Shown in pieces: positions 6,088-14,387 of a stretch of DNA of 32,000 bases. This stretch comes from Candidatus Syntropharchaeum caldarium. Lineage in GTDB: Archaea; Halobacteriota; Syntropharchaeia; Syntropharchaeales; Syntropharchaeaceae. Where the stretch lies: NCBI GenBank assembly GCA_001766815.1, contig LYOS01000003.1, positions 85,254-117,253 of the forward strand, read 5' to 3'. The position numbers and the translations under genes were made by a program. How positions within the stretch are numbered: the stretch's first letter is position 1; each line of letters begins with the position of its first letter. The notes beneath the pieces are model-generated. The model ran no database searches, was not told the origin of the DNA, and saw nothing but the letters and a program-made list of their open reading frames with translations.

Positions 6088-8675
6088 TCTGCACGCTCCA
6101 TTATATCTCTTAGATCTTTTAACAGGAGCAGGATCTTTGCAAGAGGTGATCCAAGCTCCTTCATGAGCCTTATTGCATCCTTTGTGCCCATGTTGATCTT
6201 CTCAATCTCACTGTTTGCCTGAGCAATGTGGCGTATCACACTTGAAGTTGTCTCTTCTGAGGGGATTCTTCCAAGAAAGTCCTGTACGTTGTGTATCGCA
6301 GTCTGAACGTCGTCATTGAAGCTTTTGGAAAGGTTATCGATGACATCGATCAGGATCTCAACGTCTCTGTAGGTTTCATTCAGCATTCTGAGTAGTCTGT
6401 CACCATCTTCAAAGGCTTTTGCACCTTTTAACTTCTCTATCGTATCTTTAAAGTTTTTATCGATTGAGAGGTAGGTTTTGTACCCTTCCTCGAGCCCCTC
6501 CTGAAGTTTATCGATCTTAAGGCTGGCATTCTCAAGATCCTGTACCAGCATCGTTATATTTGCAATCGAGAAGCTTTCGGGTATGCGCATATCTTTTATT
6601 GCTTCTGCCATCTCGATACTTGAGATGAGGCGATCAAAGGAGTTTAAAGCTGATGCAAGCAGGATTGGTACCGTGGTCCAGATCGCTCTCTCTTCGATGA
6701 TCTCGTAATCTTTCCAGAAAGCTGTCACATTCTCGCGGTTTAAGTCGTCTTCGCCTGGTTTGTAGTCAATCCCTGTGATCACCGAGAACGGCTTTGGTGT
6801 CCCATAGAAGAGCGAATGGTGGCGCTGCAATTTGGAGAGATCGCTCGTGTCATACGCCTTCCCAAGCCACTCAAGCTCCCTTAGCCTTGGTGGAAGATCG
6901 GGGGCAGGTTGCCATGGCTGAAGACCGATCATGAGCGTGTAAATCGCGAAACTGTGAAGGCGTGCGGGTGTGTTGAGCTTCAGGATGTCAGCATCCTTTG
7001 CAAAGCGTTCTGTAACCATACTCCTGAAAGCAGTGTCACCGAGTCTCGCATCATCAAAGTTATCCATCCTGCTGCTCAGGACCGCTACAAAGTGCCCGAA
7101 CTTCTCCTCCTCATTTATCACATTGCCCTGTGCATCCAGTGCGAGGAAGCCGTACCTGTTCAGCGTCTCGAAGTACTTTGCAGTTGATGCGTTCTCGACC
7201 GATGGACGATAGTTCACCATCGGGTTGAAAATGATATCACCCTGATTGATCGGTGCGTGTGTCCACCTGAAGTATTCCTCCTCTCGCCCAAGTTTTCGCA
7301 TAATCTCCAGGAATGAGAGGTTCTTCAGGTCTTCACGATCTTTCTTTAGCTGCTTCACCTCATCCTCTGTAAGCTCGATCTGGTGATAACTTCTTGTGTT
7401 GAACGGCGAGGTAATCTCCCTCAGCGTCCTGTTCTTGATCGCCTTCAACTTCTCGATATCCTGCTCCACCATTCTGCGAGTCTCTTCGAGGTCGTTTGTG
7501 CGGATCTCAAGGTTAAAATCATCCTCCTTAAGCTCAGATAGCTTTCTCCTGGCACGATCAAGCCTGGACTTTGCATCTGATAGTGCTTTTCGATTAATAT
7601 ATGAAAATACTCCCTTTTTAGATTCGTAGGCGTCTATCTCTCGCTGGATCTCACTTATCTTCGCCTCAAGTCCCTGGAGTTCGATGCGCTTGGAATCGGC
7701 CTTATCACGGATCTCACCAAGCCTCGCGTCAATCTCGACAAGCTTCTCACGCATTCTTGGAATCTCATCCTCGATCTCATAGTAAAGCTGGAGTTTATCT
7801 GCCGGAAAGACGCACTCATAGTATCCAAGCGTTGAGAATCGACTCTCATACTCTCTTGCACGGTTCTGGAGATCGTTTAGATCGAGCCATTTGCCCTTTG
7901 CCTCGATGCCACCGCCTGGGACAAATCCGAGATCGAGCAGAAACCGTGAAATCGCCCTCTCAAGCTCGTCATCTCTATTCTGACCCTGTAGATCCCTTCC
8001 AAGCAGGAATACGATCTTGAATGGGTTTGAGTAGTTTTTATCCTCGATTATCATGTCCTGCTGGTGTGACATCAGAAAATGAAGCTCCTTTAAGGTTGCA
8101 TATCCATTTCCCATCGGTAAACCTGATTCGTTGCTTGATGGCAGGATCGTTATCCCGAAGATCAGAGGACCGGATCCAAACTGCTTTGTTATCCAGTCTC
8201 GTATATCGATCGCGATGTCAAGAAGCATGCTCGAACCTGTGCCACCACCGAGCGCAGATACCATCAGGATCAGAAAGTCCTTGCCACCCGTACGGTTACG
8301 AAGGTCTGAAGTGGCAGAGCCTATTGCATTCATGATGCGCTCCCTGTGGACGTTGTACATTGCTCTCCCGTATATCCTGTGCTGACCACATCCCGCCCCT
8401 GCTGCCATCAGGTATGGATCTGGGAGCCATCGATTCACGTTCTTCATAACGACCGTATCGGGCCTTGAGAGCACGATCTTTCTACGCTCCTCTATCTCTG
8501 TGCATGCATTTGCAGACGCCTGATCTGTATCAATGATCAGAAACTCCTCATTTCTTGGTATTCTATCACTTTTCAGGATGCTCAGTATGTTATTTACGAT
8601 CTTACTACCCTGCCCCCCTATTCCGATGATGAGTCTGTTTGTCGTGTCTTCTTTCTCAGCCACGTCCATACTCAC
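6084..8675 (-). CDS. large tubulin/FtsZ/CetZ-superfamily GTPase-like protein with a long coiled-coil/helical C-terminal extension
   Basis: 863-aa ORF with these tubulin/FtsZ-type motifs: LIIGIGGQGSKIVNNI (8601..8624, T1-like), AAGAGCGQHRIYGR (T3-like), ALGGGTGSS (8229..8249, tubulin/FtsZ signature GGGTG[ST]), GITILPSSNESG..GYATLKEL (T5-like, close to CetZ GILPGSDEGG.YTLNAA) and KWLDLNDLQN (T7-like). From about aa 300-420 the sequence is heptad-rich (EKLVEIDARLGEIRDKADSKRIELQGLEAKISEIQREIDAY...). The remaining ~440 aa are helical with no recognised motif. Confidence 0.75.
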   Translation of the reverse strand: MSMDVAEKEDTTNRLIIGIGGQGSKIVNNILSILKSDRIPRNEEFLIIDTDQASANACTEIEERRKIVLSRPDTVVMKNVNRWLPDPYLMAAGAGCGQHRIYGRAMYNVHRERIMNAIGSATSDLRNRTGGKDFLILMVSALGGGTGSSMLLDIAIDIRDWITKQFGSGPLIFGITILPSSNESGLPMGNGYATLKELHFLMSHQQDMIIEDKNYSNPFKIVFLLGRDLQGQNRDDELERAISRFLLDLGFVPGGGIEAKGKWLDLNDLQNRAREYESRFSTLGYYECVFPADKLQLYYEIEDEIPRMREKLVEIDARLGEIRDKADSKRIELQGLEAKISEIQREIDAYESKKGVFSYINRKALSDAKSRLDRARRKLSELKEDDFNLEIRTNDLEETRRMVEQDIEKLKAIKNRTLREITSPFNTRSYHQIELTEDEVKQLKKDREDLKNLSFLEIMRKLGREEEYFRWTHAPINQGDIIFNPMVNYRPSVENASTAKYFETLNRYGFLALDAQGNVINEEEKFGHFVAVLSSRMDNFDDARLGDTAFRSMVTERFAKDADILKLNTPARLHSFAIYTLMIGLQPWQPAPDLPPRLRELEWLGKAYDTSDLSKLQRHHSLFYGTPKPFSVITGIDYKPGEDDLNRENVTAFWKDYEIIEERAIWTTVPILLASALNSFDRLISSIEMAEAIKDMRIPESFSIANITMLVQDLENASLKIDKLQEGLEEGYKTYLSIDKNFKDTIEKLKGAKAFEDGDRLLRMLNETYRDVEILIDVIDNLSKSFNDDVQTAIHNVQDFLGRIPSEETTSSVIRHIAQANSEIEKINMGTKDAIRLMKELGSPLAKILLLLKDLRDIMERAE

Positions 8676-9109
8676 TTGCCCCCACGTAATTCATAGGATC
8701 TTGTTCGCTCTCGCATCTCCTCCAGTTCATCGGCAAAGTAGGCAAGCTCTCGCTCACCCTCTCTTATCTCACTCTCGACGCCGCCAACAACGCTATCCAT
8801 CGTTCGTGCCTGGGCAAGAACCCCTTTTGAACTCTTCTCGCCCCTGAACCAGACCAGTATACCGATTAAACCAAGCAGAACCCCGATTATGATTGTGCCA
8901 TAGACAAGCGCAAAGATTGCAGCTTCAGAGAGAGATGTGAAGTAGCGATCGCTGTATTCATTCAATACAAATGCAATCGAGAGAAAGATCACCCCGATAA
9001 TCGGAAACAGAAGCAGCATCTTCTCAACTTCCAGTCTCAAAAGCATGATGACAATCTCAAGAACGAATACGACAATTAGTATCAGTGTGATAATGCTGAG
9101 TGCATCCAT
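8672..9109 (-). CDS. small polytopic membrane protein with a short charged C-terminal helix (tubulin-like operon)
   Basis: 145-aa ORF with about 4 hydrophobic segments and the C-terminus ESEIREGERELAYFADELEEMRERTRSYELRGGK. A GAGGAG RBS (9116..9121) lies 6 nt upstream of the ATG. The stop overlaps the 863-aa gene start by 4 nt. Confidence 0.7.
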   Translation of the reverse strand: MDALSIITLILIVVFVLEIVIMLLRLEVEKMLLLFPIIGVIFLSIAFVLNEYSDRYFTSLSEAAIFALVYGTIIIGVLLGLIGILVWFRGEKSSKGVLAQARTMDSVVGGVESEIREGERELAYFADELEEMRERTRSYELRGGK

Positions 9110-9149
9110 GAATATCTCCTCAAGTTAGATACACGTTAATCGTTTAAAT

Positions 9150-10379
9150 TTATTTGCTGATAACATCCAGCCTGTCCCGGTCATATTCCAACCTGGAGTT
9201 TGCATCTTCGATGAGTGCTTCATACCTCAGCATAAACTCACCGAGCTGCTCGATCGTTTGTAGATCAAGAACATCCTGCATCCGATCGGCTCCCCAGTAA
9301 TCGACAGGATACTCTTCAGATGATGGTTCCTTATCTCTTATCTTTGCTTCAAGATCGAATATATTCTTATAAATCGCTTCAAGGGTCTCGATGGCTGTAA
9401 CTCGCAACTCTGCTTCGCATTCTTTCAATATATTCTGCTGTGATGGGGAGTCTGTATGCTCGATCCTCGCCTCTATCGCACGAACTTTCTCACCATCTGC
9501 GACCTTTTTAACGACACCGACCATCTCCAGCAGCATCTCCTTGTACTGATTGAACCCATCAGCGGTCTCATCGATGATGCGTTCCATCACATTCCTGAGG
9601 ATGCCCGCGGCAGCATCATAGTTTCCCCGCTCCATATTCTGCTCTGCAATCTTGATATCAGTCCTGATCCTTGAACGATCCCTTATCGTCTTTGAGCCTG
9701 ATTCCACTGCTTTCACCTCACGAAGCGAAGATTCGATCGCGTCATCAAAGATCGAGGTCAGATCACCCAAAAAGTGGGCGAGGTTCAGGATATCGATCTC
9801 AATATCTTCAAGGATCATCGCTTCAATACGCCTCATCTGATCGCCTATCCCTCTGTAACCCGCTGCTTCAAGCTCTCTCAGACGATCAAGATACCTTTCT
9901 CCCTGCTCAATGACCTTTCCATAGATCGTTGGTTCGTATCGATCTTTGATGCTCTCAATCTTCAGTTTGATCTCTTCGATATCAGAAGATCTCGCCTTTT
10001 TAAGCTTCGCTTTATCAAAATGGACTTCACCGTTTACAAGACACCCGATTGAGGATAGATCTGCCTTTACGGCGCTAAGTTCATCCCTGAACCCCCTTGT
10101 GACAATGTGATACTGGTTTTCAAAGTTAGAAAGCTCCCGCAAAAGTTCGATCAGGTTGTGAGCGATGCGCTTAAGATCCCGCTCAAGCACCCGGGTTTTT
10201 ATACTTTTTCCGCGCACTTCGGTCAGGTAGATTATGAAAAACGAGACGATTACCATCACAGGGATTAGAAGCAGGATTAACGTTATCGCAAGATCCGATC
10301 CCGTACCAAATAGCAGGAGAATTCCAATGAGGATTAAAATACCGAATAATATCGATCCGATTATCCCATATCGCCTCAT
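9150..10379 (-). CDS. membrane-anchored (2 N-terminal TM) all-helical/coiled-coil protein (tubulin-like operon)
   Basis: 409-aa ORF. The N-terminus MRRYGIIGSILFGILILIGILLLFGTGSDLAITLILLLIPVMVIVSFFIIYL gives two TM helices. The remaining ~340 aa are charged and helical, with no enzymatic motif. It has an ATGA overlap with the upstream 299-aa gene. Confidence 0.8.
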   Translation of the reverse strand: MRRYGIIGSILFGILILIGILLLFGTGSDLAITLILLLIPVMVIVSFFIIYLTEVRGKSIKTRVLERDLKRIAHNLIELLRELSNFENQYHIVTRGFRDELSAVKADLSSIGCLVNGEVHFDKAKLKKARSSDIEEIKLKIESIKDRYEPTIYGKVIEQGERYLDRLRELEAAGYRGIGDQMRRIEAMILEDIEIDILNLAHFLGDLTSIFDDAIESSLREVKAVESGSKTIRDRSRIRTDIKIAEQNMERGNYDAAAGILRNVMERIIDETADGFNQYKEMLLEMVGVVKKVADGEKVRAIEARIEHTDSPSQQNILKECEAELRVTAIETLEAIYKNIFDLEAKIRDKEPSSEEYPVDYWGADRMQDVLDLQTIEQLGEFMLRYEALIEDANSRLEYDRDRLDVISK

Positions 10380-11275
10380 ACTCGCCCACCAATCTGCTTA
10401 TGTGCTTTGAATTCCTCAAATGAGTACGTAAAGATCACTGTTATCGATACGATATTGCGTCTCGTCTTCCTGATATCGATCGTTGATCTCGTGGTATATC
10501 TCTGCATGAGATCCTCCACCAGCGCCTGATCGATCGTATCAACTCTTTCTTCCGGGACATTTATCAATGCAGCGCCCTTCACCGATCCAATCGGGTCATC
10601 AAATACGGTTAGCTTCTCAAGTGCAACTCTGAGCATCGTCCTTATGTCGATCTCATGGTGTGGGATTATCGGGATAATATAACCAAGTAACCCCTTTGTA
10701 AGCTCTGATGAACGCGCAACCGCAGCATAGCCTGCTTCCCCCTCAAATGAAAGGCTTTTGAGCACGTCATCGATCGATTGCGCCTCGAATATATCCTTCA
10801 GGATCGATGCCACATACTCGTTATACTGATCATAGTAGTTCTCAAAATAGGGGAGATGAGATAGTTTCTCGTTGTCAACGATTATCACACCATTTGCCCT
10901 CGTTTTAAGTTCATTGAGAGCTTTGAATGCCAGATTGATCGAATCACGATCTGTTCTTCGTGTTGCTGGAATTATACCAACGACATATCGATGAAAACCT
11001 GCATCTTTCGCTATTTTCGCAAGATCCAGTGTCACAGTTCCTCCAATTTCCCCTCCAAGTCCTGCAAAAAGGAAGACGTTTTTCACGCCATTCTTGAGAT
11101 GTTTTTTGAAAAGTTCTTCACTTTCAGGCGATTTGTGGCTGATTGTAACGCTATCTGCGATTTTTTTCATCCCTGGATGGTAACGCCATAGTGCATCAAG
11201 CAGGCGGCCTCCAGCAGTCCCGATGCCAGCGATGAGATTGGGTCTTGCCACACATATCTCTTTACCGTATTCCAT
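10376..11275 (-). CDS. compact FtsZ/CetZ-like protein with a degenerate nucleotide-binding signature (first gene of the tubulin-like operon)
   Basis: 299-aa ORF with these FtsZ-type motifs: NLIAGIGTAGGRLLD (G-box 1), FLFAGLGGEIGGTVTLDLAKIAK (11036..11062 encodes GLGGEIGGT where FtsZ has GGGTGTG), YVVGIIPA....NGVIIVDNEKL (FtsZ has VVTKPF...DTLIVIPNDKL) and VKGAALINVPEE (FtsZ has AKGVLINITGG). It has no C-terminal tail. Confidence 0.7.
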   Translation of the reverse strand: MEYGKEICVARPNLIAGIGTAGGRLLDALWRYHPGMKKIADSVTISHKSPESEELFKKHLKNGVKNVFLFAGLGGEIGGTVTLDLAKIAKDAGFHRYVVGIIPATRRTDRDSINLAFKALNELKTRANGVIIVDNEKLSHLPYFENYYDQYNEYVASILKDIFEAQSIDDVLKSLSFEGEAGYAAVARSSELTKGLLGYIIPIIPHHEIDIRTMLRVALEKLTVFDDPIGSVKGAALINVPEERVDTIDQALVEDLMQRYTTRSTIDIRKTRRNIVSITVIFTYSFEEFKAHKQIGGRV

Positions 11276-11311
11276 AAAACTATATCTGCTCTGCTAACTC
11301 CCGGGTTGGAT

Positions 11312-12373
11312 CTAACGACTCATGCCAGGCACCAGAAACACCCTGTCATCGATCTTAACAATCCTGACCTCTTCTCCTGCACCCTCCGTTAAAAACAGTG
11401 GCTTTTTGATCGTAACAGCCCTGAACGTCTCAGGATCAAGTATTTCTACCTCCTTCTCATAAACCATGAGAAGCACAGCCTCCTTCGCCTCAGAAGCCTT
11501 CATGCAGAATTTCAACTCTGATAAATCTATTTTTCCTGCCTGTGTGCCGTCTTCGAGGTAGATTCCACCTGCATGTTTTGCTATCGAGGTAATAAGCATA
11601 ATTTTTCCCATGTGATATGCGATATCGCCCACAACAAGTCCAGGAAGCCTGACAACGATCGTCAAACGGTAGATGTTCTTTCCATTACGCTTTCCTACAA
11701 GTTTAGGTGATGTAATGCTCTTTCCACCAAATTGCTTGATGATTTCCTTTGCTCCGTCCTGTGCAGCGCCCTGATCACCAACATAGATATCAACCCCTGT
11801 CTTTACGTCGCGGAGTTTTGTCACAAACGAGTCATGATGTGCAATACGATCATCAAGGATCCTGAGGCAGGCATCGATCTCCTCATCTGTGGGTATGCGG
11901 TCTTTGGCCCTTATCTGGACTGTTGCCTCGTAATAACCCCCCGCTATCCTGCTGCATCGTGTGCAACTCTCACGGATAATTTTAACCTCGATATCCTGTT
12001 CCTTTTCAAACGGTTGATCGCAGATCCTGCCACTGATGTGAAGACGCGCTGGAATGAGACCGACAGGTGCATCCCCAATCTCACAGTCAAGCGAAAGTTC
12101 AAACTCATCGAGCAACGCTGAGATCTTCACAGTCTTCAGGATCTCTTCCCGGATAGACGTTGTGAGATCGCCATATACCCATCTTCCATGGCAATAATGT
12201 GCACCACAATTTGGACAAAATCTGATTTCTACTCGTTGTATCTCCTCGATTGGGCTGAATGCCCTGGTGAAGCAATTCCTGCAGACACCATCTATGAGTT
12301 CCTCGACATCAGCCCCGCAATTTGGACAGAATTTTAAGTCAGTTACCCCCTTCATCGTGGTTCGTCTCATCAT
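11312..12373 (-). CDS. NMD3-family protein (archaeal homolog of the 60S export adaptor NMD3, COG1499-type)
   Basis: CxxC pairs are FCPNCGADVEELIDGVCRNCF, FCPNCGAHYCHGRW and CTRCSRIAGGYYEATVQIR, the last containing the NMD3-typical YEAxxQxR motif. The ORF track extends it to 12427, but that part overlaps the topA 3' end. Internal ATGs at 12373, 12370 or 12355 (MKGVTDLKFCPNCG) are more plausible starts, so the exact start is uncertain. Confidence 0.85.
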   Translation of the reverse strand: MMRRTTMKGVTDLKFCPNCGADVEELIDGVCRNCFTRAFSPIEEIQRVEIRFCPNCGAHYCHGRWVYGDLTTSIREEILKTVKISALLDEFELSLDCEIGDAPVGLIPARLHISGRICDQPFEKEQDIEVKIIRESCTRCSRIAGGYYEATVQIRAKDRIPTDEEIDACLRILDDRIAHHDSFVTKLRDVKTGVDIYVGDQGAAQDGAKEIIKQFGGKSITSPKLVGKRNGKNIYRLTIVVRLPGLVVGDIAYHMGKIMLITSIAKHAGGIYLEDGTQAGKIDLSELKFCMKASEAKEAVLLMVYEKEVEILDPETFRAVTIKKPLFLTEGAGEEVRIVKIDDRVFLVPGMSR

Positions 12374-14387
12374 TTTCTTTCTTCTTTGAATCCTGCCATG
12401 CCATGAAGTTGCAGAGTGGGCATCCAAGATCCCATGGACGTTTTCCCTTATTTATGATCCTCAATTTACTCATATTGCCGTGTTCCTTACAGACCTCGCC
12501 TGTTACGATTATTTTACCTGTCTTTGGTAGGGGCAGAGAATAAGTACAATCAGGATAACCAGAGCAGCCAACGAACCTTGATCCTCTCCTTGATCTGCGA
12601 ATTATAAGTTCCTTTCCACAGTCTGGACATTCTCCAACGACCATGTCGGCCCTCATACCTTCTTTGATTGTTGTTGCAATCGCCTCTTCATTCGATTTCA
12701 GGTCCTCAAATATCTGATTTAAAATCTTTCGTGACTCTCCGATGATCTCTTCTTCACTCACATTGCCATCTGCAATTCTATCCATCGCTTCTTCAAGCAT
12801 ACGAGTCATTTCTGGATCTGTGATCATCGAAGCATACTTTTCAAGGGCATCAATCACGCCATAAGCCTTTCTGGTTGGTTTCATTGGATTCCCAACAATA
12901 TAAGCCCTTGAATACAACTTTGAGATCGTTTCATGCCTTGTACTTTTTGTTCCAAGCCCGAGTTCCTCCATCTTCTTGATAAGTCGCCCCTGGCCATAGC
13001 GGGATGGTGGCTTTGTCTCCTTTTCGAGCACAGCAATCTCGATCAGGTTGAGCAGATCACCAACTGAAAGTTGAGGCAGGATGCGCTCTTCGATCTTCAA
13101 ATATGGATAAAATGCTCGCCATCCATATTCTTCGATAATTGCACCGTTTACCTTGAATGGTTCATCCTTTATATCGATCTTAACGCCCATCGTAAGCCAT
13201 TGTGCAGGCTCTGCGAGTGTTGCAAAGAAGCGCCTGACAACAAGCTCATAAATCTTCCATTCGTCCTCTTTCAGATCTGATTTCGCTACATAGGATACCG
13301 GATAGATCGGGGGATGATCGGTCGTCTCTTTCTTGCCGCGTGATGGTTTAAGTTCGTTCTTCGCAAGAAGCTTTTTCGCCTCTTCCTTGAATACACCCTT
13401 CTTAAAGAGGGCTACGATACCTCTGAGGTCGATGCTCTCTGGATACACCGTGTTATCGGTTCGTGGATATGAGATAAAACCGTTCACATAGAGCGTTTCA
13501 GCTATTCTCATCGCATTTGCGGCTGAAAATCCGATTGAACTTGCAGCACGAAGGAACTCCGTTGTGTTGAACGGTATTGGCGGGCGATCAACCTTCTTCT
13601 TCTTTTTAATATCGGTTACTCGCCCCTCCTTTGCACCTTCAAGCTTTTTCAGGCATTTTTCAACCTCATCATGCTCGAGAAATCTGTTCTTTGCGTGTTT
13701 TGCCTCAAATCCATCGAATTTTGCATGAATTTCCCAGTATGGTGTGGGAACAAACGACTCGATCTCCCGCTCACGATCCACAAGCAGTGCAAGTGTGGGC
13801 GACTGAACCCTCCCTGCTGAGAGGAAGTTTGACCCAAGCGAACGCGATACAAGCGAGATAAATCTCGTAAGTGATGCACCCCAGACCAGATCGATAATCT
13901 GACGTGTCTCTGCTGAGTGAGCGAGGTTATAATCAAGTTCGACGAGGTTCGAGAACGCTTTCTCAATCTCCTGTTTTGTGATCGCACTGTAACGTGCGCG
14001 ATTCACTCTAACCGACTCATTCTGTTCTTTTATGATCTTAAGCGCCTCAAGTCCAATGAGTTCGCCTTCCCGATCAAAGTCTGTTGCGATCGTAACCTCA
14101 TCAGCCTCTGGCGCAATCTCCTTCAGAAGTGAGATGATCTTGTCATTTAGTGGCGTTGTGACGATCTCGGCATTAACCAGAGACGCCGCATCGACCTCCT
14201 CCCATCTGCTGTACTGCGGTGGAAAGTCCACACCAATGATATGCCCGCTAAGTCCGATAACAGCAAGATCTTCATTGATATAGAAGAGATTCGCACCCTT
14301 TATACGCTTCTGCTTTGCTTTACCCCCAGATAAGATCTCTGATATTCGCTTTGCGGTATTGTGCTTCTCTGTTATGATATATCGCAT
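12339..14387 (-). CDS. topA: DNA topoisomerase, type IA (archaeal TopA/topoisomerase I-III family)
   Basis: 682 aa. It has a Toprim N-terminus (MRYIITEKHNTAKRISEIL, TDFDREGE), the active-site Tyr motif GFISYPRTDN, and C-terminal zinc ribbons (CPDCGKELIIRRSRRGSRFVGCSGYPDCTYSLPLP; CKEHG...CPLC). Confidence 0.95.
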   Translation of the reverse strand: MRYIITEKHNTAKRISEILSGGKAKQKRIKGANLFYINEDLAVIGLSGHIIGVDFPPQYSRWEEVDAASLVNAEIVTTPLNDKIISLLKEIAPEADEVTIATDFDREGELIGLEALKIIKEQNESVRVNRARYSAITKQEIEKAFSNLVELDYNLAHSAETRQIIDLVWGASLTRFISLVSRSLGSNFLSAGRVQSPTLALLVDREREIESFVPTPYWEIHAKFDGFEAKHAKNRFLEHDEVEKCLKKLEGAKEGRVTDIKKKKKVDRPPIPFNTTEFLRAASSIGFSAANAMRIAETLYVNGFISYPRTDNTVYPESIDLRGIVALFKKGVFKEEAKKLLAKNELKPSRGKKETTDHPPIYPVSYVAKSDLKEDEWKIYELVVRRFFATLAEPAQWLTMGVKIDIKDEPFKVNGAIIEEYGWRAFYPYLKIEERILPQLSVGDLLNLIEIAVLEKETKPPSRYGQGRLIKKMEELGLGTKSTRHETISKLYSRAYIVGNPMKPTRKAYGVIDALEKYASMITDPEMTRMLEEAMDRIADGNVSEEEIIGESRKILNQIFEDLKSNEEAIATTIKEGMRADMVVGECPDCGKELIIRRSRRGSRFVGCSGYPDCTYSLPLPKTGKIIVTGEVCKEHGNMSKLRIINKGKRPWDLGCPLCNFMAWQDSKKKENDETNHDEGGN

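Noticed and set aside
12374-12427. N-terminal extension of the NMD3-like ORF (MDAHSATSWHGRIQRRKK...)
   Set aside because: It overlaps up to 89 nt of the topA coding end and precedes the conserved first CxxC knuckle by an atypically long, basic stretch. Internal ATGs are more plausible starts, although I cannot fix the exact start from sequence alone.
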